A stretch of DNA of 52,021 nt from positions 1 through 52,021 of the forward strand of contig JAQTSA010000001.1 in NCBI GenBank assembly GCA_028711575.1, read 5' to 3'. The first letter of the stretch is position 1. Each line of letters begins with the position of its first letter. The DNA comes from Candidatus Omnitrophota bacterium (GTDB lineage Bacteria; Omnitrophota; Gorgyraeia; Duberdicusellales; 4484-171). Positions 1-10,061 of the stretch are shown piece by piece. The notes beneath the pieces were generated by a model that saw only the letters and a list, made by a program, of their open reading frames with translations, was not told the origin of the DNA and ran no database searches. Position numbers and translations under genes: made by a program.

Positions 1-1632
1 TTTGCTTTGGCTTTTTTGGCTGCTTCAGTAAACCATTATTTGCCTCATTATCTGCTGTTATCTTCCGGTTTTACAATTGTTTTCATTTCAGCCTTTTTCT
101 TTAATCGGTTTAAATCATTGTTCTTTCTGGCTGTAAAAAATTATTACTTGTTAATTATTACCTGTCTTGTCGGATTGTTTTTGGTTTTACCGGCATTTTA
201 TTCTTACATCGAAAGCAAAAATTATGTTTCTCCGGTAAGACAAGCTGAAGGTAAAACTTCAGGTTTAGTAGAGGATGACGGGAAAATATTAGGCAGTTGT
301 AACGCGCCGTTCTGGGGATATCGAATCCTTGTTGAAGGACTGAATAATTACCGGGCCAACATTCATCACGCTTTTTATTTTGGTATTATTCCGCTTTTAT
401 TTTCAGCGATTGCTCTTATTGGCTATCGTAACCGATATCTTTGGTCTTTTTTCTTGGCGATGCTGATCATCTTGTTGTTTGGCCTGGGCAATGACTTTTG
501 GGGGTTTCGTTTTTGTTCAAAATATATTCCCGGGTTTTCGATGTTCAGGCATACTTTTGAGCTTGGCCACTTTGTCAGTTTACTGTTGATCTGTCTTAGC
601 GGTTATGGCTTTAAGATTATCTTTTCTGATCGAATTGACGCTCTCCGGTACCGTCAATTAGTAGTTGTTTCTTTTTTATTTTTAATTCTAATTGGTTTTG
701 TTTCACAAAAGATCCACGCTATTATTTTTACGATTATCGCGATTCTGCTTGTAGTTATAATCGCGACAGTACGGAGGTTTCCGGCTCAACGAAATAAGAA
801 ACTAATTTTATCTTTTTTTTATTTCGCGGTATTCTTTTTCAGTTTTTTCGACCTTTTTATAATCCAGAAGTATGATGTCTGGAGCGCTCTTTCTCTTTAT
901 CAAAAGTATTCTCAACAGGTGAAGTTTCCTGAAATCGAGATGGTTTATCCCAGCCGGAGGAACCTTTATTTTAGCGGCCCTGATCCGATATACCCGCCTG
1001 ATTTCCGGCCGCTTATTTTTCGGGAAGCTATAGCGCTTGATAAAAAGGAGAGTTTCTCTATATTTAGGAACTCAAGATATGATGATCTCATAAAATATTC
1101 GCCTGATATTTATAAAACCAGAAAAACTCTTGGTGTTGAAAGTTCATTGTACTATTTAAGTTCGAAATTGGCGGTATTGCCGCGGGATACTCCCAAAGAT
1201 GTATTTATTCGTCAGATGTATGAGAGCAATCAACGATTGGAAGGAAAAGTTTTTTTATATGATAATGATTTTGCTGATTCAATAAACATTATTCCGGCCG
1301 AATCGGATCGGGCTTTTATCGGGTTTCGCGCTATAAACCGGTCTCCAAATTCGGTTGAATTTTACATTAATTCCTTAAACGAGGGCATATTAGTCCGGCG
1401 GGAAAACTTTCATCGCGGATGGCAGGCGTTTATTGACGGTAAAAAAACTGAAATTTTTCGGGCTAACCACGCTTTCTCAGCGATACATCTTCCCGCGGGA
1501 GAGCATCAAGTTCGTTTTGTCTTTAAGTCTGTTTATCCGGTTTTGATTTCAATTCATTCTTTTTTTGTTTTTGCGGTTACGATTTTATTTAATATTTACC
1601 TTTTTAAATATAACAGAATAGAGGTTGATTAA
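1..1632 (+). CDS. Polytopic membrane protein, YfhO-like / GT-C-type glycosyltransferase candidate (5' end lies upstream of the window)
   Basis: The frame is open from base 1 (track ORF 7..1632). There are many hydrophobic helices. The C-terminal module RENFHRGWQAFIDGKKTEIFRANHAFSAIHLPAGEHQVRFVFK plus a final TM helix resembles the C-terminus of YfhO-type membrane proteins. The stop overlaps the next start (TAATG at 1630-1634). Confidence 0.6.
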   Translation, partial: FALAFLAASVNHYLPHYLLLSSGFTIVFISAFFFNRFKSLFFLAVKNYYLLIITCLVGLFLVLPAFYSYIESKNYVSPVRQAEGKTSGLVEDDGKILGSCNAPFWGYRILVEGLNNYRANIHHAFYFGIIPLLFSAIALIGYRNRYLWSFFLAMLIILLFGLGNDFWGFRFCSKYIPGFSMFRHTFELGHFVSLLLICLSGYGFKIIFSDRIDALRYRQLVVVSFLFLILIGFVSQKIHAIIFTIIAILLVVIIATVRRFPAQRNKKLILSFFYFAVFFFSFFDLFIIQKYDVWSALSLYQKYSQQVKFPEIEMVYPSRRNLYFSGPDPIYPPDFRPLIFREAIALDKKESFSIFRNSRYDDLIKYSPDIYKTRKTLGVESSLYYLSSKLAVLPRDTPKDVFIRQMYESNQRLEGKVFLYDNDFADSINIIPAESDRAFIGFRAINRSPNSVEFYINSLNEGILVRRENFHRGWQAFIDGKKTEIFRANHAFSAIHLPAGEHQVRFVFKSVYPVLISIHSFFVFAVTILFNIYLFKYNRIEVD

Positions 1633-2342
1633 TGAAACAAAATTACAGTATTTCAGCGGTAATCCCGATGTATAATGAGGAAAGTTATGTTGCGGATGTG
1701 GTGTATAAGCTAAAAAAAGTTTTAGAGTCTTTAACTGATGATTTTGAGATAATAGCGGTTGATGACTCAAGCACCGATAATACCTTAAACCTCCTTCAGT
1801 CTTTATCACTCAGTGAAAAATGTATTAAAATAGTCAGAAACCCTCAAAACCTTGGGCTTGGCGGGACTTTGCGGGCCGGGTTTAACCGGGCGACAAAAGA
1901 CCTTATTTTTTATACTGATGCCGATTTACCATGTGATTTGTCAAACTTAAAAACAGCTTTAACTGTCGCTAAAGAAAATGATGCTGACATTGTCGCGGCT
2001 TATCGCAGCAACCGGATGGTTGAAGGCTTGAAACGGTTTATCTATTCAAGATCTTATAACTTGATTATCCGGTTACTTTTTGGTGTTAAGGTCAAAGATA
2101 TCAACTTTTCTTTTAAGCTGTTTAAATCTGATAAATTAAAAAAATTGGATTTGTTTTCTAACGGGTCTTTTATCGATAGTGAAATAATAATTAAAGCAAA
2201 AAGATCCGGTTACAAAATTGTTCAGATACCGTTAAGATACTGTTTGCGCCAGCGGGGGGTATCTAAGCTAGACAACTTTTCAAATATAAGGGTTATAATT
2301 TGCGAAATATTCAGTTTTATAAAGAAGAATAAGGCCCGATAA
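1632..2342 (+). CDS. Family 2 glycosyltransferase, polyprenol-phosphate sugar transferase type (DPM1/ArnC/GtrB-like)
   Basis: Carries the GT-A motifs SAVIPMYNEE, AVDDSSTDNT, GLGGTLRAGF and TDADL. It is 236 aa, the typical size for this subfamily. Confidence 0.85.
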   Translation: MKQNYSISAVIPMYNEESYVADVVYKLKKVLESLTDDFEIIAVDDSSTDNTLNLLQSLSLSEKCIKIVRNPQNLGLGGTLRAGFNRATKDLIFYTDADLPCDLSNLKTALTVAKENDADIVAAYRSNRMVEGLKRFIYSRSYNLIIRLLFGVKVKDINFSFKLFKSDKLKKLDLFSNGSFIDSEIIIKAKRSGYKIVQIPLRYCLRQRGVSKLDNFSNIRVIICEIFSFIKKNKAR

Positions 2343-2344
2343 TT

Positions 2345-3007
2345 ATGAGAAAGGCGGCTGATTTAAAAAAAGAAACCTTAAGTCTGTTTAAGCTTTTGCC
2401 GTGGCAAAAAAGATTATATGTGGTTTTAAGGTTTCTGACTTGTCCGTTTCAGGAAATAGCTGAGTTTGTGCCTGATTCCGGAACGGTTCTTGATTTAGGC
2501 AGTGGAATGGGTATTTTTAGTTTTTATTTGTCAAAAAAATATCCTGGTCTTTCTATTAAATCTTTTGATTATAACCAATCGAGAATAGCTGTCTGTACCG
2601 AGATAGCATTAAAAAACAGTATTTCTAATCTATCATTTTCTGCCGGAAACATTGTTAGTCAGGATTTTGCTGATAGCGCTGACTGTATTTTATTGAACGA
2701 TGTTTTCTACCAGTTGTCTTTAGCTGATAAAAAAAAGATAATAGAAAAGTGCCTGGAAAAGCTGAATTCGAACGGCTATTTAATAATAAAAGAAGTCGCT
2801 AAAAAACCGTTGATTAAGTATTGGTTTTGTTATTTTCAGGAAGTATTTGTCGCGAAAGTCTTAGGATTAAACCAGGGGTTAGTTAACATTTTAAGTGTTA
2901 GTGAAATGCTTGATCTATTAGGCCAGTATAAAGTCTCAGTATCGGTAACGCTGTTGGACCGGGGGTATTTTTATCCTCATATAGTTTATTCTATTAAAAA
3001 AAGATGA
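2345..3007 (+). CDS. Class I SAM-dependent methyltransferase
   Basis: Has the glycine-rich motif I VLDLGSGMGIFS followed by an acidic residue at the strand end (FD). Size is 220 aa. It starts 3 nt after the upstream stop. Confidence 0.75.
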   Translation: MRKAADLKKETLSLFKLLPWQKRLYVVLRFLTCPFQEIAEFVPDSGTVLDLGSGMGIFSFYLSKKYPGLSIKSFDYNQSRIAVCTEIALKNSISNLSFSAGNIVSQDFADSADCILLNDVFYQLSLADKKKIIEKCLEKLNSNGYLIIKEVAKKPLIKYWFCYFQEVFVAKVLGLNQGLVNILSVSEMLDLLGQYKVSVSVTLLDRGYFYPHIVYSIKKR

Positions 3008-4449
3008 GTAAAGTCGTTTTAGTTAATCCTTCATTAAGTGTTGACAGCCGTTATGGCGTAATGTCTGTTGCCGGGGGAGTAGAAATACCCTTTGGTATTT
3101 GTTATTTAGCCGGGTATTTAAAAGAAAAAAAAGTTTCTGTCCAGATAATTGACGCTTGCGCATTAAATCTTGACAGTGATGGCCTCATCGGTCAGATAAA
3201 AAAGACTAATTGCCGTTATTTAGGAATTACTGTTACAACTCAGCAGCTGCCCTCGGCCGCGGCTGTTGCTGAAAAGCTGAAAAAAGAAAATCCTGAACTC
3301 ATAATCATCGTCGGCGGCTGTCACATCAGTTCTTCTTATGAAGAGACTTTGAGACAGAATCCTTTTTTTGATTATGCTGTTGTCGGTGAAGGGGAAGTTA
3401 CCCTTTTTGAACTGATAAAAGCCTTAGACAATGGCCAAGACCTTGCTCAAGTTCCGGGGGTTGTTTTTAGACAGAAGGGTAATATAGTTTTTAGCGGACA
3501 AAGAGAAAGGATTAAAGATATAGATTTGTTGCCTCTTCCGGCTTTTGATTTGCTCAGCGACATCCGAAAATATTATCGGCTGACAATTCAGAACGTTATT
3601 TTTCATCCCGGGGTTTCAATTATTACTTCCCGGGGATGTTTTGGCAAATGTGTTTTTTGTGACCGGTCGGTTTTTGGTAATTGTTTGACCAGTCATAGTC
3701 CGGAGTATATCCTTAGAATGATAACATCGCTGGTTGACAGTTATGGTATAAAAAGTGTCATGTTTCAGGACGATAACTTTTTTTTGCCAAAGGCCAGGCT
3801 GTTTAAGTTCTGCGATTTGCTGGCGGCAAGTGGATTAGATCTTAAATGGTCGGCATCTTCACGGATTGACGCGGTAAGCGAAGAGTTGTTGATTAAAATT
3901 AAACAAAGCGGCTGTTGGCAGATTTCTTATGGGATAGAGAGCGCGAATCAGGAGATACTTAAGTTTTATAACAAAAAAATAGAACCGGAGCAAATCAGAA
4001 AAGTTTTATCAATGACCAAACGTTGCGGGATATTAACTAAAGGGTTTTTTATTTTTGGCGGGCCTAAGGAGAGTGAGGAGAGTTTAGCCGAGAGCATTGA
4101 ATTTATGTTAAACGCTGATTTGGATGATGTAAGTGTTACTTTTTTTACCCCTTATCCCGGTATCGAGATCTATAAGACGATATCGTCTTATGGTTCTTTT
4201 GACGCTGATTATCAAAAGATGAGTTGTTTTGATATTGTGTTTGTTCCTTTTGGTTTAACGAAAGAGAAACTTCTTTATTATCAGGCAAAAGCTTTAAAAC
4301 TTTTTTATTTCCGGATACCGGTAATTTTTTCCTATTTAAAACGGATACGGTCTTTTTCCTTTTTTTTGCGTTTAAGTGCCAGCTCTTTGGCGCTGCTTTT
4401 AAACTTTTTTAAAAAGAATGAGCGATTACGAAAAGCGGTTAATAATTAA
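3004..4449 (+). CDS. B12-binding domain radical SAM protein (paralog 1)
   Basis: N-terminal cobalamin-binding-like Rossmann region (LIIIVGGCHIS) and the radical SAM cluster motif CFGKCVFC (CX3CX2C). ATGA overlap with the upstream gene. Confidence 0.85.
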   Translation: MSKVVLVNPSLSVDSRYGVMSVAGGVEIPFGICYLAGYLKEKKVSVQIIDACALNLDSDGLIGQIKKTNCRYLGITVTTQQLPSAAAVAEKLKKENPELIIIVGGCHISSSYEETLRQNPFFDYAVVGEGEVTLFELIKALDNGQDLAQVPGVVFRQKGNIVFSGQRERIKDIDLLPLPAFDLLSDIRKYYRLTIQNVIFHPGVSIITSRGCFGKCVFCDRSVFGNCLTSHSPEYILRMITSLVDSYGIKSVMFQDDNFFLPKARLFKFCDLLAASGLDLKWSASSRIDAVSEELLIKIKQSGCWQISYGIESANQEILKFYNKKIEPEQIRKVLSMTKRCGILTKGFFIFGGPKESEESLAESIEFMLNADLDDVSVTFFTPYPGIEIYKTISSYGSFDADYQKMSCFDIVFVPFGLTKEKLLYYQAKALKLFYFRIPVIFSYLKRIRSFSFFLRLSASSLALLLNFFKKNERLRKAVNN

Positions 4450-5284
4450 TGCTGATGACTTTGGATTGACCAAAGGATTTAACCAGGCAATCACCGATTG
4501 TTTTTTAAGCGGCGCTATAACTGGGGCGTCGTTGTGCGTTGTTGGTGAAGCCTTTGATGAAGCGCTTAAAATCTATCGTGAAGTCCCGGGGATGGACCTT
4601 GGCCTGCATCTGGTTTTAACTGCCGAACGTCCGGCGGCAGCCCGGGAATCGGTAAAAACACTTCTTTTACCGAATGGTTTTTTTTACTCTGATGTTTACC
4701 AATTCGCTAAAGCTCTTATTCTAAAGAAAATAAAAGCCCGGGAAGTTTTTATAGAATTAGACGCTCAATTTAAAAAGGCTTTAAATAACGGCATAAAAAT
4801 AACGCATGTCGATAGCCATCAGTATGTTCATCTTTTACCGCTGGTTGACGATATTGTAATTGAGTTGTCAGAAAAGTATAAAGTTCCCTATATTCGCTGT
4901 CCAAGTAATGATTTGACTATTCACTCGAAAACGGTCTCAAAAAGTAGACGGGTGCAGGGATTTTTTTTGAAAATATTTTCCCGGCGGTTTTTAGCTAAAA
5001 TGAAGGCGTATCATTTTAAGCCTAGTCCTAATTGTTTTGGCTTTTTATCGGCCGGCAATTTGAGTTATCAGTCAATGGAAACAATTCTTGCTTGTTTACC
5101 GCCGGGGATAAGCGAAATATCCTGTCATCCCGGATATCCTGATTCGAGTTCGGAAAAGAAATATTCTTTTTGGAAATACAATTGGCAATCGGAAGCGGAA
5201 TTATTATGTTCGGACAGATTTTCCGATATGCTTTTAGCTAAGGGGATTGCCCTTGTTTCTTACGGTCAGCTACTAGAGGAGTGA
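4418..5284 (+). CDS. YdjC/ChbG/HpnK-type carbohydrate deacetylase
   Basis: Has LIINADDFGLT near the N-terminus and HVDSHQYVHLLP, both hallmark motifs of the YdjC family. Overlaps the upstream gene by 32 nt. Confidence 0.8.
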   Translation: MSDYEKRLIINADDFGLTKGFNQAITDCFLSGAITGASLCVVGEAFDEALKIYREVPGMDLGLHLVLTAERPAAARESVKTLLLPNGFFYSDVYQFAKALILKKIKAREVFIELDAQFKKALNNGIKITHVDSHQYVHLLPLVDDIVIELSEKYKVPYIRCPSNDLTIHSKTVSKSRRVQGFFLKIFSRRFLAKMKAYHFKPSPNCFGFLSAGNLSYQSMETILACLPPGISEISCHPGYPDSSSEKKYSFWKYNWQSEAELLCSDRFSDMLLAKGIALVSYGQLLEE

Positions 5285-5285
5285 G

Positions 5286-6707
5286 ATGCCTTTTATCCGG
5301 GAAATAAAAAAAGCTCTGCTGATCAATCCGCCTACCGGCATTTACGACCGGTTTGAGAGGTGTCAGGCTCCGGTTGAGACTGAAACTGTTGAGCTGATTC
5401 GTCCACCGATGGATTTGTTGTATTACGGAGCGGTTTTACAGAATAATCGGGCTGAAGTTCTTATTCGGGATTATCCAACTGAAAAGAAAGATTGGGCCGA
5501 TCTGGCCGACGATATTAAGAGTTATTCTCCTGATATGCTTTTAGTCAGTTCGACTATTCCCACCGAGAAGGAAGATTGTCGGGCTTTCCAAATAGCTAAA
5601 AATATTGATAGCGGTATTATCTGTGTGATTAAAGGTTTTTTCCCCGATAAGGGACAAAAAATTTTTAGGGAAAACGAATCTTTAGACTATCTTTTTCGTG
5701 AGGAGTCGGAACTATCTTTTGCCGCTTTTATCGGGAGAACTAACTTAACCGAAATTAAAGGGTTAACTTATCGCAACGGCTCAAAAATCGTAACCAATGA
5801 TGATTCCTGGGTGACTGATTTGGATAGTTTGCCTTATCCGGCAAGAAATCTGATTAATAACGCGGCCTATAAAATGCCCGATAATGGAAACCCGATGGGG
5901 CTTATTCTTGTTGCCAAGGGGTGTCCTTATTCCTGTCGGTTTTGTCTCGTTCCGGCGGTCAGCGGTAAAACTGTTCGTCTTAGAAGTACTGATTCGGTGC
6001 TAGCTGAAATAATCGAGTGCGTTAATCGTTATGGGATAAAAGATTTCTGGTTTCGGGCGGACACCTTTACTGTAAATAAAGCCTGGGTTCTCGACTTTTG
6101 CCGGAAAGTTAAGAACAGTAACCTAAATATTCGTTGGGCGACTAACAGCCGGGTTGATACAATTGATGAGTCTTTGGCGGCGGCATTAAAAGGTGCCGGC
6201 TGTTTTTCTTTAGGCTTTGGAGTTGAGTCCGGCAGTCAAAAGATTCTTGATAAAATGAACAAAGGAATAACTAAAGAACAAATACGTAAAGCTGTGTCAA
6301 TTTGTAAAAAATATAAAATACAAACCTATCTTTTTTTTGTCTTGGGCCTGCCTTGGGAGACGGTAGAGGATATTAATGAAACTATTTCTTTTGCTCGTCA
6401 GCTAAACGGTGATGTCTTTAATTTTTCTTTAGCTACCTATTTCCCTGGTACCGATTTATATGATTTTGCTGTTTCTGCCGGTTTGATCGATGAGAGTAAA
6501 GATTATTCCGGCTGTGATTATGGTCATCCGATGACCGGAACTTTGTATGTTTCTCGTCAGGACTTGATCGCTTTACAAAAGAAAGCTTACCGAAAAATAC
6601 TTTTTCGGCCGGGATATATCGTTCAGTGTCTTAAAAATATCAATAACCCCCAAAAAATTTATTGGTACGCTAAATCAGCATTACGTATATTTAAACAGTT
6701 AACCTGA
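5286..6707 (+). CDS. B12-binding domain radical SAM protein (paralog 2)
   Basis: CX3CX2C motif CPYSCRFC preceded by a B12-binding-like N-terminal domain. Starts 2 nt after the upstream stop. Confidence 0.85.
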   Translation: MPFIREIKKALLINPPTGIYDRFERCQAPVETETVELIRPPMDLLYYGAVLQNNRAEVLIRDYPTEKKDWADLADDIKSYSPDMLLVSSTIPTEKEDCRAFQIAKNIDSGIICVIKGFFPDKGQKIFRENESLDYLFREESELSFAAFIGRTNLTEIKGLTYRNGSKIVTNDDSWVTDLDSLPYPARNLINNAAYKMPDNGNPMGLILVAKGCPYSCRFCLVPAVSGKTVRLRSTDSVLAEIIECVNRYGIKDFWFRADTFTVNKAWVLDFCRKVKNSNLNIRWATNSRVDTIDESLAAALKGAGCFSLGFGVESGSQKILDKMNKGITKEQIRKAVSICKKYKIQTYLFFVLGLPWETVEDINETISFARQLNGDVFNFSLATYFPGTDLYDFAVSAGLIDESKDYSGCDYGHPMTGTLYVSRQDLIALQKKAYRKILFRPGYIVQCLKNINNPQKIYWYAKSALRIFKQLT

Positions 6708-6709
6708 AC

Positions 6710-8089
6710 ATGAAAAAAGTACTGCTAATATTTGCGTCGGCTAAAGTCAAAGGTAATTATATTAATAATCTCCCTCCGGTAGGATTGTTTTACCTGGCAT
6801 CAGCTTTAAAAAAAGGAGGGTTTACAGTTTCGATTTGTGATTGTTCAGTTGATGATTTTAGTTTAAGAGGAATAGCTCAATACGACTGCGTCGGTTTTAG
6901 CGTTAATATTTCTAACTTTGAGAATACTGTTAAACTGATCAAAAAGGTAAAAAACGCCAGTAAAACAGCTTTAGTTGTTGTCGGGGGGCCTTTACCAAGT
7001 GTTTCTCCCGAGATATTTTTTCCTCTAGAGCTTGACGCTGTTTTTATCGGTGAATCGGAAGCTAGTTTTATAGAGTATCTTAACCTGAAAAATCCAAAAC
7101 AAAGCCGGAATCGGGGATACTATTTTAAAGATTCTCAGGGAGAATGGAAATTTAATGGTGATTACCCCTTTATTGAAGATTTGGACGGCCTTAGTTTTCC
7201 TCTGTTTACAAAAGAAATGTTAAAAAAATATTATACGCCGGTTAAAAAGAAGAGCCCGGTATCAATTATGATATCTTCCCGGGGATGTCCTTACCATTGT
7301 ACTTTTTGCTGCAAAATTTTAGGAAGTAAATTTAGAATGCGTTCAGCGGAGAATGTTGTTAATGAAATAAAATGGCAAGTCGATTCTCTTGGCGCTAAAG
7401 AAATAGTTATTTATGACGATAATTTTACATTGAATAAACAAAGAGTGATCGATATTTGTGATTTAATTATTTCTCAGCGGATAGAGGTTAGTTTACAGTT
7501 AACAAACGGAGTAAGGGTCGATACTCTGGATCTAGAGCTATTGAAGAAGATGAAACAAGCCGGAGTCTGGATGATCGGTATTGCCCCGGAAAGCGGCGAC
7601 GAAAAGACTTTAGAAAAAATTGAAAAAAAGTTTGACCTTGATCAGGTCGTCAAGGTACGAAATTGGTGCTTGGGCCAAAACATTAAAGTCTGGTCTTTTT
7701 TTATGGTTGGCTTTCCCTGGGAAGATCGGGCGCTTATTCGCAAGACGATTGATTTTGCCTTACGGCTTGACGCTGACATAAGTCAGTTTTCTCAAGTTAC
7801 TCCTTTACCAAAGACAAAGTTGTATGACGATTTCTATAGCAAGAAACGATCGGAAACTTTTGAAAATGATATTAGTTTATTTCACGTTTCCGGCCGGTTG
7901 ACCGAGTGCGGCTTAAGGCCAAAAGAACTGAAAAAAATGATCGGCCGGGCCTATTGGAAAATCTATTTTAAACCTAAAAAAATGCTGAGACTTTTAAGAA
8001 TTTTTAAAATCACTGACCTTATACGTTTGAGCGGTTACACTATTCGTTCGCTTCTTGGCGGAAGTAACTTTAAAAAAAGAGATAGTTAA
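6710..8089 (+). CDS. B12-binding domain radical SAM protein (paralog 3)
   Basis: CX3CX2C motif CPYHCTFC and an N-terminal B12-binding-like domain (ALVVVGGPLPS). Confidence 0.85.
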   Translation: MKKVLLIFASAKVKGNYINNLPPVGLFYLASALKKGGFTVSICDCSVDDFSLRGIAQYDCVGFSVNISNFENTVKLIKKVKNASKTALVVVGGPLPSVSPEIFFPLELDAVFIGESEASFIEYLNLKNPKQSRNRGYYFKDSQGEWKFNGDYPFIEDLDGLSFPLFTKEMLKKYYTPVKKKSPVSIMISSRGCPYHCTFCCKILGSKFRMRSAENVVNEIKWQVDSLGAKEIVIYDDNFTLNKQRVIDICDLIISQRIEVSLQLTNGVRVDTLDLELLKKMKQAGVWMIGIAPESGDEKTLEKIEKKFDLDQVVKVRNWCLGQNIKVWSFFMVGFPWEDRALIRKTIDFALRLDADISQFSQVTPLPKTKLYDDFYSKKRSETFENDISLFHVSGRLTECGLRPKELKKMIGRAYWKIYFKPKKMLRLLRIFKITDLIRLSGYTIRSLLGGSNFKKRDS

Positions 8090-8094
8090 TCTTG

Positions 8095-9048
8095 ATGGAC
8101 AAGATAAAAGACATTTTGCCCGCTGTTATCTTAGCGCCGATGGCCGGTATAACTTCTTACCCTTACCGGTTGCTAAACCGCGGTTTTGGTTGTGATTTCG
8201 CCTTTACTGAAATGATTGACGTAAGATCTTTAACTTATAATAGTTTAAAAACCAAAGCGATGCTTGCTCCTCAGGAAAACGATTCTCCTTTAGGGGTTCA
8301 GATCTTAGGAGAAGATGAGTCGTCTCTATCTCAAGCTCTTGATATTTTAGAAAGCTATTCTTTTAAGGTTATTGATTTCAACGCTGCCTGCCCTCAAAAA
8401 AAGGTAACATCCAAAGGTAAAGGCGCGGCCCTTTTACGCGACTTAAAAAAATTAAGCCGGCTTTTAAAAATATTAGTAAAAAAATCAAAAGTACCGGCGA
8501 CAGTTAAAATCCGCCTGGGCTGGGATGAGTCAAATTCGGTTTCTGATTTAGCCAAAGAAATTGAAGATACCGGTGTCAGCGCGATATTTGTGCACGGCCG
8601 GACTAGAATGCAGTTTTATCGGGGCAGTGTCGATTATCAGGCCATTTCCAGAGTTAAGAAATCGGTGTCAATACCGGTAATCGCCAGCGGAGATATTTTG
8701 TCGGAGTCTTTAGCCAAACGGATGTTTGACGAGACCGGTTGTGACGGGGTATTAGTTGCCAGGGGCGCTTTGGGTAATCCCTGGATATTTAAGCGAATGA
8801 AACTTTTTCTTGAAACCGGCGAACTTGCTGTTGCTGTTAACAGAGAAGAAGTCGCGCGGGTAATGAGAGAACATTTCAGGTTGTACACAACTTTTTTTGA
8901 GGAGCGCCTTTCGATAGTTAAATTTTATAACTTTTTTATGTGGTATACTAAATTTTTTCCAAGGGCAAGAACCTTTCGCCGAAAATTGATGTACGTTAAA
9001 ACGGCAAAGCAAATGCTTGAAATTATTCAGGAATTCAGTGATTCCTGA
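8095..9048 (+). CDS. tRNA-dihydrouridine synthase (Dus family FMN enzyme)
   Basis: Motifs APMAGITSYPYR, NAACPQKKV (catalytic Cys context), KIRLGWD and HGRTR. The start is ATG 8095 (the track uses TTG 8092). Confidence 0.85.
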   Translation: MDKIKDILPAVILAPMAGITSYPYRLLNRGFGCDFAFTEMIDVRSLTYNSLKTKAMLAPQENDSPLGVQILGEDESSLSQALDILESYSFKVIDFNAACPQKKVTSKGKGAALLRDLKKLSRLLKILVKKSKVPATVKIRLGWDESNSVSDLAKEIEDTGVSAIFVHGRTRMQFYRGSVDYQAISRVKKSVSIPVIASGDILSESLAKRMFDETGCDGVLVARGALGNPWIFKRMKLFLETGELAVAVNREEVARVMREHFRLYTTFFEERLSIVKFYNFFMWYTKFFPRARTFRRKLMYVKTAKQMLEIIQEFSDS

Positions 9049-9145
9049 TGGTTCTTCAACAATATCTCTGGCTTGCTAGGTTGAGTCAATTGTGATATTA
9101 TTTTATCGTAGTTTGTTTGATCGTTTAATAAACTAAGGAGGTTGT

Positions 9146-9493
9146 ATGCAGATTTTTTTGTTTATTATGGTCGGCGGCGCTTTAGTAGTGACAATTTTTC
9201 TCTGCAGTCTTTATCTTTTCAACAGTTCCGGTGAAGCTAAAGAGGTGGATGATGTATTGGCGCGGGAAAAGAAATCTTTAGAACAGATGAGTTACGCTCA
9301 GCTGGAAGCGCTGACCAAGGAACGGATTGAAGAGCCATTAACCTACGGCCGTTGTACTTTTAAAAAAATTGTTGAGGGCGGAACTATCGATCATGGCGGC
9401 AGCCGGCACTTAGAAGTCCGTTTGACGATTAAGGGAACTAAAAATAAAGGGTTAGACGAGTCAGTTGTGATTAAAAAAAGTAAAGAACTTTAA
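9146..9493 (+). CDS. Hypothetical small membrane-anchored protein
   Basis: Strong SD AAGGAGG 5 nt upstream of the ATG. The N-terminal hydrophobic helix is IFLFIMVGGALVVTIFLCSLYLF. No recognisable family. Confidence 0.6.
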   Translation: MQIFLFIMVGGALVVTIFLCSLYLFNSSGEAKEVDDVLAREKKSLEQMSYAQLEALTKERIEEPLTYGRCTFKKIVEGGTIDHGGSRHLEVRLTIKGTKNKGLDESVVIKKSKEL

Positions 9494-9515
9494 TCTCATT
9501 AATCGATAGAGGGAT

Positions 9516-9902
9516 ATGGAAGAAAAAAGAAGATACCGCCGGCTTAACCGGTCGTTTATCACAAAGTTTCGGTTGAGTGCTGATAATAATGCGTCAAGCT
9601 CAGTTAATTTACCGGCGAAATGGGATATCGTGACTATCCGCAATATCAGCGGCAGCGGTATGGCGTTTATTTATCATAAACCTTTTGTTGAAGGGGTTTT
9701 GTTAGAGTTTGAGATCACTGTTGCTTCTTTGCATCGGTTGGTAAAATGTTTGGGTGTTGTTTGTCGGGTTGATTCTTTAAATGAGGCCAAACCAGGCAGT
9801 AAAATCATTCCTCTTTACGGGATAGCTGTTCATTATACTGAGATAACCAGAGAAGAACAGGAGGCTATTGATAGAGTCGTTGAGGCTTTCATTAACGGAT
9901 AA
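9516..9902 (+). CDS. PilZ domain protein (c-di-GMP receptor)
   Basis: Carries both halves of the PilZ signature: RRYRR (RxxxR) near the N-terminus and NISGSGMAF (D/NxSxxG). Confidence 0.8.
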   Translation: MEEKRRYRRLNRSFITKFRLSADNNASSSVNLPAKWDIVTIRNISGSGMAFIYHKPFVEGVLLEFEITVASLHRLVKCLGVVCRVDSLNEAKPGSKIIPLYGIAVHYTEITREEQEAIDRVVEAFING

Positions 9903-10061
9903 TTTTCTTAAAGTCTATTTTATTTCACAGCCAATTTTATTTTAAGTAGTTTTGTTATTTCCGGCAAATATAACTACAATTTTCTTATCGGTTTATAAAC
10001 TTTTATTCTATTTTAGGGGTTACTTTTTTTATGAGTCAATAAAGGTTTCTATACTTTTTTA

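Noticed and set aside
8637-9012. Minus-strand ORFs inside the dus gene. Similar antisense ORFs occur inside infB (41209-41639, 41967-42296), ispG (35727-36389), nusA (40012-40377), aroA (24725-25301) and others.
   Set aside because: All are fully embedded in longer plus-strand genes with strong family motifs. They have low-complexity or Ser/Ile-rich translations and lack SD sequences, so they are typical shadow ORFs.
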